Of a DNA stretch of 64,000 nt, positions 31,301 to 40,052 are shown piece after piece. Every line of letters begins with the position of its first letter. The first letter of the stretch is position 1. The notes beneath the pieces are model-generated. The model worked only from the letters and a program-made list of their open reading frames with translations. It had not been told where the DNA came from and ran no database searches. The translations under genes were made by a program, and so were the position numbers. Source of the DNA: a virus (lineage: Duplodnaviria > Caudoviricetes); the IMG/VR virus record IMGVR_UViG_3300037400_004297, positions 12,591 through 76,590 of that record; one strand, written 5' to 3'.

Positions 31301-32140
31301 CCAGAATACCTTAGGATAAATACAATTTCCAACTATTATAAAGGAAATAATGGTCATAATGGTAACATGTCATACGATAGTGGTCATGAATACTTTACAT
31401 ACCTAAACAGAATATTCAAATATGCTACTGACAATGATTTGTTTGATAGCAGGTGCTATCCTGGAGGACTTGCCGAAGCATATGATGATTCGACCTATAT
31501 AAGTGGTGACACACTACTTGGATTTAGCGGTCTGATAGATTCAAATGAAGAAATAAAGGATTATGATAAGTTCCTATCTGCTGACACAAAAATACACTAT
31601 TTTGGAAACTATAAAATACCAGAATATGATATAGTTAACAAAGATTATAATGTAGTTAGTGGGTCTATATCAAGTATGACAGAAGCATTAAATGCCAAAA
31701 TGATATATAATTCCTTAGAAGATGAAAGTAAAAAACCATATACAATAGTAAACAAGATAAATAGTATAAACATATTTGGTTATGAAAATAAATATGAGGA
31801 TGGGGCATGGGAAAAGTTTTATGGCGAAATCAATCCATGTCCGTCATATTATTCAATAAATAGTGGTATTACAAATGGTATTACAACAAAAAGGGAAATT
31901 AAACCAGAATGGGGTTCTACAATGGGAAAACTTAAGGATGATGTCACCAATCAAATTGTTAACAACAAGAGACTAAAAATTAAGTTCAACATGAAGAATA
32001 AATTTGCCTCAAAGTATGGGCAGGAAGAACTTAAATATGTTGATGAAATTATAATGAATTATTTAACACAGATGATACCTTCTACAACAATATTAGAGGT
32101 AGAATATAACTTCTGTGATAAATTTACTACTGAGTGTTAA
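28367..32140 (+). CDS. Baseplate wedge/tail protein with P2 gpI-like (KGT) segment
   Basis: IWRHKGTIEGIEMVLGLFG motif characteristic of tail-I/gp7-like wedge proteins; structural context. Confidence 0.6.
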   Translation: MGLIKSHSNYVLKKDHQLVGDGKIYERDITTIGATNQFAPGQTPIYRSGNFVITVRDDSRTTNQYNTQKWEQSISGDNWTLQSISGMVSSDEYQDDTKIILKNDYYDFREFAYYGSLTELFRSSINDLLDRFPGELYCISGNSGSTDGAVFYESSYTEDFEAIVSSFRLGGGSMYEVSNPYGIDIHSEKLPMGANPLKYFAEDGWKNYEIIDGNGNKTEITNWSVVNYSGCSIGTQIATITIDGLGEIYAYIGEGGNIVYLHDDRINDKHMRPKQPIINQFLSGCNDLQRIMFNMDTNPMYKSTFSVIGEDDFGYTRSLEEFIYPTSAGGYNPSTDTYFINRLVKIGDFYDENLTDNLWRSMTHEAIKNFDWSFTREYDENAEEEHTDGGQKIQKAIRIFAREFDEQKKYIDNIKNTGRLTYDERGNIPDYFLTDICEDDGWDIKSVIPYGLIERYISGISAGTEVGNEIYESISGDTYQFLNSGSTGMFKREYSQSSVSAVTPYTSSVKQSLKNGFFVVCDGEGASVGDECLDKWYSEKDEDDETHYNIRPVAENEDVYTTMFDSGRIEYRIKPYFDDDKKYTYLDVNNEFLKRLKLNSRAIWRHKGTIEGIEMVLGLFGLKSSRWLDRNESCKYSKNADYEITEYSQFTTRIEDNWDTIHQMYHIDWINSTKTITYDNRSTSNYTLEGNMGYSYTPYQGIPVSYRDPYPEEYTGDGIPPRYLYPNFNKGEQLDGNPYFQMNGGWLAKTISGSTEWEYNFQFDVDNNIVYNVVEKNPATSGLSGTFAVDNHKLYKETIRSIRKVENLSELLSLSQSELYDGIVCYVTNVSDRIAVIDGEVFNIELETVNGEQKEYVVLTKKEGFIKVGEHYFDESVVVYDENGYSSPYSLDDKLDGYEVKAYIKCTNGDDFICTNGDDFICKSGESEEYSITSFSRIDESDIGSGYTNYFILNDVTFSNIMANKQSIDGWRRLLSNEPEYLRINTISNYYKGNNGHNGNMSYDSGHEYFTYLNRIFKYATDNDLFDSRCYPGGLAEAYDDSTYISGDTLLGFSGLIDSNEEIKDYDKFLSADTKIHYFGNYKIPEYDIVNKDYNVVSGSISSMTEALNAKMIYNSLEDESKKPYTIVNKINSINIFGYENKYEDGAWEKFYGEINPCPSYYSINSGITNGITTKREIKPEWGSTMGKLKDDVTNQIVNNKRLKIKFNMKNKFASKYGQEELKYVDEIIMNYLTQMIPSTTILEVEYNFCDKFTTEC
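31082..31129 (+). repeat. Perfect 24-bp in-frame tandem duplication (CTNGDDFI x2)
   Basis: TGTACTAATGGAGATGATTTCATT repeated twice. Confidence 0.95.
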
Positions 32141-32141
32141 A

Positions 32142-33461
32142 ATGGCAGAAATAAGACATAAAGTCATAGGTGCAGGTGAAAGTGATACCAATCCAATTAT
32201 TGTTAATCTTGACTGTGAAACAAGTGCTGGAACAATTTCTTGGGTTGGAAGAGAGATACTGTCTGGTGATTGTGGATGTAATAAGTACTATGATAATAGA
32301 TATTATACAGAGATAAGCGGAGAAACAGGATACGTTAAGACGCATACTTGGGAAGATGCTACAGTATATTATAAAAGTAAACTAGACTGCCCATCAGAAG
32401 AAGACGAGACGTGTTCTGAATATTTCTGCTCTGACCTTTCTGCTTATGCTGTTCCGTCTCATGTAAAAGAAGGTTTTAGTGGTACTATTGAAATACATTA
32501 TGATTATTTTTTAACTAGTGTAAATGAACATGAAAAAATATGTAGTAGAGAAAAAATAACTGGAGTTGATGTCATAAAATACCCAGATGATATAGCTAAC
32601 AATAGTTATACATTTAAAGTTTGTAATGATTGTCCTTGCAGTGGCTCACAAAAGACTATATTTTTTACTACATATAAAGATGATGGGACTTGTACTGAGA
32701 AGACAACTATAGAGTTATCTGTATATACTAGTACAAATGAAGTGTCATGGAAAAAGGAAACAATCAGTGTTATTTATTCATTTGTAAAAACTAAGACAAA
32801 TGAAGATTGTACCACTAAAAAAACATCTGGAAGTATTTCTGAAAATTGGGAAATACCACAGTGTGTTCCAAAAGAATTAGATGAAAAATATTGTTGTAAA
32901 GACAATATTATTACTTCTGGTATAACTGTTGATAATGTTATTAGAAAACTTGGATTTACACCAGATGAATATAATACTATAATGTATAACGGAGAAGATG
33001 TTGATACTGGAACCACTATTGAATATTCAGTTGTGCAAAAAGCAAAAACAACAGGCGAATGCCAAAGTACATGTGAAAATAAGACAACATACTGCGTTGA
33101 TTCAGGTTCAGTTAAAGTATACTACAATGTAAATGGAAAATGGGTAATTGAGGATGACCCTAGTGAACCTGTAGTCCCTGAAGAAGGTGGCAAGGATATG
33201 ATTAAGTTAACATTTAGTGGCACAGTAACAACAATTCTTAGTGATTGTAGTGCATATACTAGCGATTTCTCCAGAGAAATAAAATTTGATGTACCGCATT
33301 GTGATATAAAAAAAACATCAGCACCATATGTTTACTACTTTGAAGATAATAAAATAACATACAATTACAAACAGCAATGCAAAGGTTGCCACACCATAAC
33401 TCCTACAGAAGGTGGATGTAATTCTATGCCAAAATTTTCAGCAACAACAGCACCTCTTTGA
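32142..33461 (+). CDS. Cys-rich putative tail/fibre-associated protein
   Basis: About 23 Cys in 439 aa, Thr-rich; ATG 32142 follows the previous stop. Confidence 0.6.
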   Translation: MAEIRHKVIGAGESDTNPIIVNLDCETSAGTISWVGREILSGDCGCNKYYDNRYYTEISGETGYVKTHTWEDATVYYKSKLDCPSEEDETCSEYFCSDLSAYAVPSHVKEGFSGTIEIHYDYFLTSVNEHEKICSREKITGVDVIKYPDDIANNSYTFKVCNDCPCSGSQKTIFFTTYKDDGTCTEKTTIELSVYTSTNEVSWKKETISVIYSFVKTKTNEDCTTKKTSGSISENWEIPQCVPKELDEKYCCKDNIITSGITVDNVIRKLGFTPDEYNTIMYNGEDVDTGTTIEYSVVQKAKTTGECQSTCENKTTYCVDSGSVKVYYNVNGKWVIEDDPSEPVVPEEGGKDMIKLTFSGTVTTILSDCSAYTSDFSREIKFDVPHCDIKKTSAPYVYYFEDNKITYNYKQQCKGCHTITPTEGGCNSMPKFSATTAPL

Positions 33462-33463
33462 TT

Positions 33464-34051
33464 ATGATTAAAATTAATGGTTTTGAAAACAAATTTATTC
33501 TTGACCTCAATGTAAATCCAGTAGATGAGCATGAGCTTACTGTTATTTCAAATGATGATGGTGAGGAGCTATCTTGGGGTGTTGAACTAGTTTCATTGAA
33601 TGAAATTAGTGTTATGAAGCATTCTGGAAATAAATTATCAATTAATCTTGATGTAAATACCCTAAATAAAGACGGGTTTATACTACTAAGAAATTACAAT
33701 AAAGAAAGATTAGTGGTAGAAATAATACATAACGAAGAACTTTCAAGAGAAAAAGAATATACTTTTAAATTTGAAAACGAAAAAGTAGAAGGTAAAAAGA
33801 TTACAATAGACATATTATCACAGGAAGAGTCAAAAGAAATGTCTTGGGCTTGCACATATGATGGTAGACCTCTTAAGTATTCAATTTCTCCAAAACGTTC
33901 TGACAAGAGTGAAAAAGTAGAAATAGTATTATTATCCCCAGTATCTAATGAATTTAAATCTATAATTGAATTTACACAAGATAAAAGTGATAAAATTATT
34001 AAGCTTAAATTAACTCAAAATAGAGATAATATTACAATAAAAACTGATTAA
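33464..34051 (+). CDS. Putative Ig-like/BACON-like structural protein
   Basis: Last gene of the structural operon; ends IIEFTQDKSDKIIKLKLTQ, reminiscent of BACON C-termini. Confidence 0.45.
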   Translation: MIKINGFENKFILDLNVNPVDEHELTVISNDDGEELSWGVELVSLNEISVMKHSGNKLSINLDVNTLNKDGFILLRNYNKERLVVEIIHNEELSREKEYTFKFENEKVEGKKITIDILSQEESKEMSWACTYDGRPLKYSISPKRSDKSEKVEIVLLSPVSNEFKSIIEFTQDKSDKIIKLKLTQNRDNITIKTD

Positions 34052-34075
34052 CCAGCTAGTAGTTAATCAGTTTTT
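34038..34075. terminator. Bidirectional terminator between convergent genes
   Basis: AAAAACTGATTAAC...GTTAATCAGTTTTT inverted repeat with A/T tracts on both sides. Confidence 0.8.
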
Positions 34076-34886
34076 CTTTATTTTCTGCAAGGTCTTCAAT
34101 AGATTCTATCTCCATATCGTACAATCCATAGTCAGACTCAATGTCATGGAAGTTGTATTTCCATTCTCCGTCCACAAGTTCCCATACAGCGAATCCATGT
34201 TGCGTAATTGTTTCACCAAATGTTTGTTGCACCAAAGAGCCTGGATATACTATTTCAACATCACCTCTTTTCAACACTTGTCTTTTATGTATGTGACCAG
34301 CCATAACCATATCACACCCAGTAAAGTCATCAGTGTCTAGTCCACTATCCATGACGCTTCCGTTATTTAGTGTAGCACCAATAATAGTTCCGTGATATAA
34401 GCCAATTACAGTATTATCAGGTTTTTGTTCAAGTGAGTCCTCAATATCTGGTTTCCTGTAATCCTCGTGTATTGAATATAAAGCCCAGGTAACGTTATCA
34501 TCTATTACGCACCCACTTTCATATCCAAGCGCCATATCTAGGAATCTACAGTTTTCAAAATTTGCTGTCTGAAATATTCCTGTCAATGTATCTGTTCTAG
34601 TGGTGTTGCTAACAACCATATCATGGTTTCCACTAATTACCACAACAGTTGCTATGTCTTGTAGTTTTCTCAGGAAGATGCTAGTGAAAATTATTAGTTC
34701 ATTGCTAATTGTGTTCTTCTGATTTACAATATCACCTGCAAGTAGTATCCTTACTTCATCTTTTTCATAATGGCTTGCGATTTCTTCACACATCTGTATG
34801 AATTTCTCCAATTGCTCCCCATATTCCTCATGCCTGACAAAATTGTGAATGTGTATGTCGGCTGCGTGAATAATACATTTAATCAT
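34056..34886 (-). CDS. sbcD: SbcD/Mre11-like (T4 gp47-like) metallophosphoesterase nuclease
   Basis: HAADIH, GD, SGNHD, AGHIH, YPGSL motifs. Confidence 0.85.
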   Translation of the reverse strand: MIKCIIHAADIHIHNFVRHEEYGEQLEKFIQMCEEIASHYEKDEVRILLAGDIVNQKNTISNELIIFTSIFLRKLQDIATVVVISGNHDMVVSNTTRTDTLTGIFQTANFENCRFLDMALGYESGCVIDDNVTWALYSIHEDYRKPDIEDSLEQKPDNTVIGLYHGTIIGATLNNGSVMDSGLDTDDFTGCDMVMAGHIHKRQVLKRGDVEIVYPGSLVQQTFGETITQHGFAVWELVDGEWKYNFHDIESDYGLYDMEIESIEDLAENKEKLINY

Positions 34887-35253
34887 TTTGATATTTTTCT
34901 AATAATTTAGTTACATCATTGTAAATAGTACCAAAGTCTGAAAGCATATTTGATTCTAAATTAAGCCAAAATCCAGAACCTTGTGGTGTTCTACCCCATA
35001 CGAATAGGCATTTTCCATTACCGTGAAGCATGTCGTTTACAGTAATACATTTTGGAACTCTAATTATGTTACCTTGTGTTATTACATTTTCCCAAAATAT
35101 GCCACACATGTTTTTCTCTGCCAAATATTTAGAAAATGGCTTAATCCAATGGGTTGACATAATCTTGATATATATGTTGAAACCACTGGCTCTGGACGCT
35201 TTCCTTAAGATTTTCAGACCATGCATATAGTCTTCTTTGGCTTTTTTATTCAT
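34879..35253 (-). CDS. Hypothetical protein
   Basis: Upstream of sbcD in the same unit; start placed at MNKKAKE, downstream of the promoter. Confidence 0.6.
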   Translation of the reverse strand: MNKKAKEDYMHGLKILRKASRASGFNIYIKIMSTHWIKPFSKYLAEKNMCGIFWENVITQGNIIRVPKCITVNDMLHGNGKCLFVWGRTPQGSGFWLNLESNMLSDFGTIYNDVTKLLEKYQND

Positions 35254-35269
35254 TTGAACGGTTTTTGTG

Positions 35270-35300
35270 CAAAGATATAGAAAAAATGTTAAAAAACAAA
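35270..35300 (-). promoter_or_regulatory. Bacteroidota-type promoter TTTG-N19-TATCTTTG
   Basis: Reverse complement reads TTTGTTTTTTAACATTTTTTCTATATCTTTGCA. Confidence 0.7.
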
Positions 35301-35311
35301 GTTTGAATAGA

Positions 35312-35319
35312 TATTTATT
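35312..35319 (+). promoter_or_regulatory. Putative late-promoter motif TATTTATT upstream of amidase
   Basis: Recurrent motif, 20 nt before the ATG. Confidence 0.5.
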
Positions 35320-35339
35320 TCTATAAAGCACTAAAAAAT

Positions 35340-35984
35340 ATGGTAATACTTATTGATAATGGGCATGGTTCACAAGTTTTGGGCAAGCAATCTCCAATAC
35401 TTGATGATTCAATAAAAATCGGTGGTGAATTTACTGAAAAAGGTAGGTTCAAGGAATGGAAATATACACGAGTCATATCGCATCTTATCGTTAATGAACT
35501 TACAGATATGGGATATGATGCAAGACTGGTTACACCAGAGGATGGAGATGCTTCATTGGCTGAAAGAATTAGAAGAATCAATACAATTTGCAACAAGGAA
35601 GGCGCATCAAATGTTTTACTAATTTCAGTACATGCAAACGCTGTTGGTGATAGTTCAAAATGGATGGAAGGAAAGGGTTGGGAAGCCTATACCACAAGGG
35701 GAGAAACAATTTCAGATACTTTGGCTGATTTCCTTTATAAGAGGGCTTACAGTAATATCAAAGGAAGGAAGATAAGAGAGGATTGGACTGATGGTGATAG
35801 AGATAAAGAAGCTGATTTTTATATCATAAAGAAAGCAAAATGTGCAGCAGTATTGACAGAAAACTTTTTCTATGATAACAAGGATGACCTTAGATATCTT
35901 ACATCAGACGAGGGAGTTCATGCTGTTGTAAGATTACACATTGAAGGAATAATTGACTTTATTAACTATAAGGAAGGAAAATAA
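35340..35984 (+). CDS. N-acetylmuramoyl-L-alanine amidase (Amidase_3), endolysin
   Basis: ILIDNGHG, E, SVHANA, AVLTENFFYDN Zn-amidase motifs. Confidence 0.9.
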   Translation: MVILIDNGHGSQVLGKQSPILDDSIKIGGEFTEKGRFKEWKYTRVISHLIVNELTDMGYDARLVTPEDGDASLAERIRRINTICNKEGASNVLLISVHANAVGDSSKWMEGKGWEAYTTRGETISDTLADFLYKRAYSNIKGRKIREDWTDGDRDKEADFYIIKKAKCAAVLTENFFYDNKDDLRYLTSDEGVHAVVRLHIEGIIDFINYKEGK

Positions 35985-35986
35985 GT

Positions 35987-36151
35987 ATGGGAAGAAAATT
36001 TAGTGAAGATGAGGTTTCATGGTCATGCATTGAAAAATATAATGACTATAGTAAAGTATGCTGGTACATGCGCAAAAATGGTATACCAACATACAGATTA
36101 TATGGTAAAGACTGTAAGGAAATGGAAATAAAAACAGATTGGGACTGTTAA
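35987..36151 (+). CDS. Small hypothetical protein (54 aa, not in ORF track)
   Basis: ATG 2 nt after the amidase stop, ends before the terminator. Confidence 0.5.
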   Translation: MGRKFSEDEVSWSCIEKYNDYSKVCWYMRKNGIPTYRLYGKDCKEMEIKTDWDC

Positions 36152-36160
36152 AGAATTATA

Positions 36161-36210
36161 AAAGATTGGGTTAACACTTGGTTAATCCGATTTTTTTTTG
36201 TACTTTTGCA
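36161..36210 (+). promoter_or_regulatory. Terminator hairpin fused to TACTTTTG-CA promoter element
   Basis: ATTGGGTTAAC-ACTTG-GTTAATCCGAT plus T tract, then TAnnTTTG at 36201-36208. Confidence 0.7.
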
Positions 36211-36235
36211 GCAGAAATCAAAATACGTATATAAT

Positions 36236-36541
36236 ATGTGTAAGAAAAGTTGTTTAGAATGCAAGAACTACAAGTGGAGTGAAACCAAGGTTGTGGGTAG
36301 GAAATGGGAATGTGATGGTATGATATCTGTTCCTGTTTATAAGGAGATACCATCCCATTGTGACGTTCACCCACGATACTTCAAGAAGTGGTGGAAGGAA
36401 AATGGGCATAAGCGCAGAAAAGATGATGACTACGTAGAGCCTAAGTGCTATGAGTCTACAGAGTTAGCAAAGTCTCTTGACGAAATGATTAATATTGCTC
36501 AGGAGCTTCTCGATGATATAAAGAAAAAGAAAGGTGAATAG
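36236..36541 (+). CDS. Hypothetical Cys-containing protein
   Basis: CxxxCxxC at the N-terminus; ATG 36236. Confidence 0.6.
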   Translation: MCKKSCLECKNYKWSETKVVGRKWECDGMISVPVYKEIPSHCDVHPRYFKKWWKENGHKRRKDDDYVEPKCYESTELAKSLDEMINIAQELLDDIKKKKGE

Positions 36542-36542
36542 T

Positions 36543-36986
36543 ATGAAGTACGTTGATTTTACCAATGCAAAGAAAGGTGACATCATATTTCAGCCAAACT
36601 ATGAAGGGTCTCTTGGACAAATCTACATGTTTGATTGTGTTAAGAATAACCTCATTTATTGGCTATGCTCATTTGATATAGACAGAAACCAGTTCTCTGT
36701 ATCTGATGGAAAAACTCATATAGGGTGGGCTGATGAGACACGTGAGAAGTATATGTATAGGAATGCTACCAATAGTGAACAATGTCTTCTTTTAGCAATG
36801 ATGGAGAAGTTCGGATATTATTTCGACTTAGACGATAACGAGCTTAAGAATGATGACGTGCCAGAGGTTGGTAAACCAAAAATTACTTGGGATGACGAAG
36901 AAAATCATGTGATGGAGGTTAAAGGACTTAACAGGAATCAGCATTTCATCATAGAACAATTATTTAAGAGTTGGGACAATGGGTAA
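36543..36986 (+). CDS. Hypothetical protein
   Basis: ORF in operon. Confidence 0.65.
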   Translation: MKYVDFTNAKKGDIIFQPNYEGSLGQIYMFDCVKNNLIYWLCSFDIDRNQFSVSDGKTHIGWADETREKYMYRNATNSEQCLLLAMMEKFGYYFDLDDNELKNDDVPEVGKPKITWDDEENHVMEVKGLNRNQHFIIEQLFKSWDNG

Positions 36987-37131
36987 ATATTCATGGGACA
37001 CCAATTCAAGTATGTATTGGCTAGAAGAATGGGTTACAATAGAGAAGAAACGCCAGGACTGGTTCAAGCGTGTCTGTGAATATGCACTTGCATTTGGCAA
37101 ATCGATACGAAAAATAAATAACTATGTGTAA
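36979..37131 (+). CDS. Small hypothetical protein (50 aa, not in ORF track)
   Basis: Fills the gap with 8-nt overlaps on both sides. Confidence 0.5.
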   Translation: MGKYSWDTNSSMYWLEEWVTIEKKRQDWFKRVCEYALAFGKSIRKINNYV

Positions 37132-37951
37132 ATTTTGTGACTCCAATAAGGAGAAGAGAGTGATGTCATATGACAATCATGACTCAATGAATATTTATTG
37201 CGGACAGTATCAAGGTGTTAGCGTGACAGCAAACCTTTCAATGAAAGGTAATATGTTAGCACTAGCTGGTTCTGGTAGTTACCGTTCTCGTTCTGATTGT
37301 TATTATGAGGATGAGGGGCTTGATTGTGACAGTGAGGGTGCTGAAAATAGTCCAGAGAATTATATCAAGATTGAGTATTGCCCATTCTGTGGCAAGAAGC
37401 TTGATAGTACTGAATATGAGAAAAGAAAAACCAAGGATGAACTTGATTTCTTGAAGTATAAGTTAAAAGATACGGAGGAGAAAATCAGCAGGCTTGGACT
37501 CCACGCATATTTCACTTTTGTTGCTAAGGGCGATAAGTACGAGAAAGCCAAGAGTATGGTTTGGAAAGATTTTCATGCTGACTGTAAACTAATTCCAATC
37601 ACACTTGATACAATTCTCAAGGAGTTTGGTAACCTCAAAGTACACATACAATATGGCATAATGGATGAGTATGGGTACTTTAGAGGCAGTTATGACCCAT
37701 GCCCCATGTTTAATTCAAAGGAAGGCATTAAGTTTAATGGTGCATCATTTGGTGAGTTTCACGGAAAGACGTATTCTATTACCAATGATGACTACGAAAT
37801 GTTTATTAATATGGGACTCATAAAAGGCAATAAAACTAAACTCAATAAGATGGTAGAGAAGAACTCCAAGCTTAAAGAGGGGGCTGAGAAAATGAAAAAG
37901 AAGATTAAGAGTCTCGAAGTGAAACTAAAAGAGTATAAAAATGGGAAATAA
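37124..37951 (+). CDS. Hypothetical Zn-ribbon protein
   Basis: MCKFC and YCPFCGKKL CxxC pairs, C-terminal coiled coil. Confidence 0.65.
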   Translation: MCKFCDSNKEKRVMSYDNHDSMNIYCGQYQGVSVTANLSMKGNMLALAGSGSYRSRSDCYYEDEGLDCDSEGAENSPENYIKIEYCPFCGKKLDSTEYEKRKTKDELDFLKYKLKDTEEKISRLGLHAYFTFVAKGDKYEKAKSMVWKDFHADCKLIPITLDTILKEFGNLKVHIQYGIMDEYGYFRGSYDPCPMFNSKEGIKFNGASFGEFHGKTYSITNDDYEMFINMGLIKGNKTKLNKMVEKNSKLKEGAEKMKKKIKSLEVKLKEYKNGK

Positions 37952-38297
37952 GATATTAGGAGTATACAGGATTACGTATCCTGGCTATAACAACACCTCT
38001 CAGGTGAAGAATCTCATTTCACATGATGACTACACTACGTCATACAAGATGTGGAATAGTAAAAAGCAGGAGCTTGAGACTGAGCTTGCCGATTTAAACA
38101 AGAAAAAGCATCCAGACCGTGCTGCTGAAATAAAAAATGAGATTGGTGCTATCAAGGCTAAATTACATGATATGTTCGGTGATGAGTTTTTCACTGACCA
38201 ATCTCCATTGTGGCTATCTCATAAAACTGGCGGTAACATGTTCCTGTCAGCATGGCAGGGTGGTGTAATTGAAGTTAAACTTGAAAAATTAGATTAA
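37941..38297 (+). CDS. Hypothetical protein
   Basis: ORF in operon, converges on primase. Confidence 0.6.
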   Translation: MGNKILGVYRITYPGYNNTSQVKNLISHDDYTTSYKMWNSKKQELETELADLNKKKHPDRAAEIKNEIGAIKAKLHDMFGDEFFTDQSPLWLSHKTGGNMFLSAWQGGVIEVKLEKLD

Positions 38298-39332
38298 CTA
38301 TTGCAAATAGACTTCATCGATTTGTCGGGCATTTCTAAGATGCTCGACAATTGCTTTATATCCACCTTTCTGAAATAGTGAGGATGGGTCTTCATCACCA
38401 CCTACAGGTATATATCTTACCTTACCATATAGTCTTCCATGATTAAGAAGCTTATATGTCTCCTTAACCGTCTGGAATGCGTCACTATCAAGGAATATGT
38501 TGATATGGGCATTAGCCTTCGTTACAAGCTCCCAGTAAAGCTTGTAATCGGTGTCTAGTGCCTTTCCTAGCAATGGTATAGAGTTTGGAACTACGATGTG
38601 GTCAAATGCACCCTCTACCAGTGTTATGTCTGCATCCCACTGTACTCTTTCCTCGTTGAATATAATATTTTTCTTCTCAGCCCTTGGGTTTGCATATTTA
38701 CTTCTCTCAAAGTTAGGGTTCTTTGGTAGATAGTCTCTTCCTACCCAGTAGTTGAGTTCACCCAATGCGTCATACGAAGGTATGATTATTCTGAATGAAT
38801 ATTTTTTCTTATCAGGCTCTTCTTCCTTCTGTGTATACCCAATTTTATACTTATCTATGATATCCCATCCGACACCTCTTTCGTGGAGATATTTTGCAGC
38901 ATAATATCCTTTACGGTCATCTTTCTTTAGTAATTTGAATGTATCAGGGAACTTCAGTTCTTCCTTGCTAATGATTGAGGTGTCAATATTAAAGTCACCA
39001 TTGTTAAAGTGAATCTTGTAAAGGTCACTTTCATGTATGGAACGTATTGCCTCCTTGTATTCTGCAAGAAGGGTGTCATTACCGTACATTTTTATAAGCT
39101 TGATAATTGAACCTCTCATAGGCTCACCCATTGAGGAGCATTTCCAGCACTGGAAAACCTGTTTCTGAAGGTTTACAGCAAGGTTGTGTTTCCTTGCTTC
39201 CATGCTGCCATCTCTGTCTATACAACAAGGACATGGGAACTCCAACTCCAGGTTGTGTTCACTGAATCCATTCTTTGCTTCACCTAAGAATGAAGCCAGT
39301 ATATTGTATAATTTTTCAAGCTCATGTATCAT
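38298..39332 (-). CDS. DNA primase (DnaG-like, Zn finger plus TOPRIM)
   Basis: FPCPCC...FQCWKC Zn finger; TLVEGAFD and FLDSD TOPRIM motifs. Confidence 0.85.
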   Translation of the reverse strand: MIHELEKLYNILASFLGEAKNGFSEHNLELEFPCPCCIDRDGSMEARKHNLAVNLQKQVFQCWKCSSMGEPMRGSIIKLIKMYGNDTLLAEYKEAIRSIHESDLYKIHFNNGDFNIDTSIISKEELKFPDTFKLLKKDDRKGYYAAKYLHERGVGWDIIDKYKIGYTQKEEEPDKKKYSFRIIIPSYDALGELNYWVGRDYLPKNPNFERSKYANPRAEKKNIIFNEERVQWDADITLVEGAFDHIVVPNSIPLLGKALDTDYKLYWELVTKANAHINIFLDSDAFQTVKETYKLLNHGRLYGKVRYIPVGGDEDPSSLFQKGGYKAIVEHLRNARQIDEVYLQ

Positions 39333-39337
39333 ATCTG

Positions 39338-39369
39338 CAAATATATGGTAATTTTATGAGAAAAACAAA
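39338..39369 (-). promoter_or_regulatory. Bacteroidota-type promoter TTTG-N20-TATATTTG for primase
   Basis: Reverse complement TTTGTTTTTCTCATAAAATTACCATATATTTGCA; ATG only 5 nt downstream. Confidence 0.7.
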
Positions 39370-39379
39370 TTTTTAAAGA

Positions 39380-39387
39380 TATTTATT
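39380..39387 (+). promoter_or_regulatory. Putative late-promoter motif TATTTATT
   Basis: Recurrent motif, 23 nt before ATG 39411. Confidence 0.5.
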
Positions 39388-39410
39388 TGTAATAAAAGCG
39401 TTTTTTAATT

Positions 39411-39749
39411 ATGGCAAAGAAACTAATTAGACTTACAGAATCAGACCTTCACAGAATTGTTAAAGAATCTGTACAGCATATACTAAAGGAAATGATTGGT
39501 GGTACATCAGATGATGAATGGTTAAGCGGTGCTGATGATGAAGATGACTATAACAATAGGGAGTCATCGCTGTTAGATAAGCAATTCTATAAAGGGGAAG
39601 GTGCTATGGATTATCATCCACAGCGCAACAGAAGTACACTAATGGGTGATGATTTTGCGTCTTCGTATGCAAAATACCCAATGTTTAATGATAAAGATAA
39701 AATAGACAGTGTTACAAAATATCCAAGAAAAAGATTTGGGTTTAACTAA
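39411..39749 (+). CDS. Putative head-internal protein with IRLTESDL leader
   Basis: MAKKLIRLTESDLHRIVKESVQHILKE. Confidence 0.65.
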   Translation: MAKKLIRLTESDLHRIVKESVQHILKEMIGGTSDDEWLSGADDEDDYNNRESSLLDKQFYKGEGAMDYHPQRNRSTLMGDDFASSYAKYPMFNDKDKIDSVTKYPRKRFGFN

Positions 39750-39772
39750 GGATTAAATGACAGATATTAACT

Positions 39773-40045
39773 ATGGCAACTAAGAAATTTAAGGACAGTG
39801 ATATACTGAAGGCTATGGCTATGCACCTTGACGAGGATTCTGTTGTGTTTGGTGCTAATGGTCACTATGCCGTTGGTGGTTATTATGACATCACCAAGGT
39901 AAGTAGTGTGTTCGGTGATAAGGATTACAATTCACAGGATGCAATAGACGCTGCTGATTCAACTGACGCAGCAGAAAAATATAGAACAAATAACGATGAG
40001 CTTGATGAGGGACTTCAAAAGGCTATTTGGATGAAAAATTTATAA
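39773..40045 (+). CDS. Hypothetical protein
   Basis: ORF in operon. Confidence 0.65.
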   Translation: MATKKFKDSDILKAMAMHLDEDSVVFGANGHYAVGGYYDITKVSSVFGDKDYNSQDAIDAADSTDAAEKYRTNNDELDEGLQKAIWMKNL

Positions 40046-40052
40046 TTGAGGT

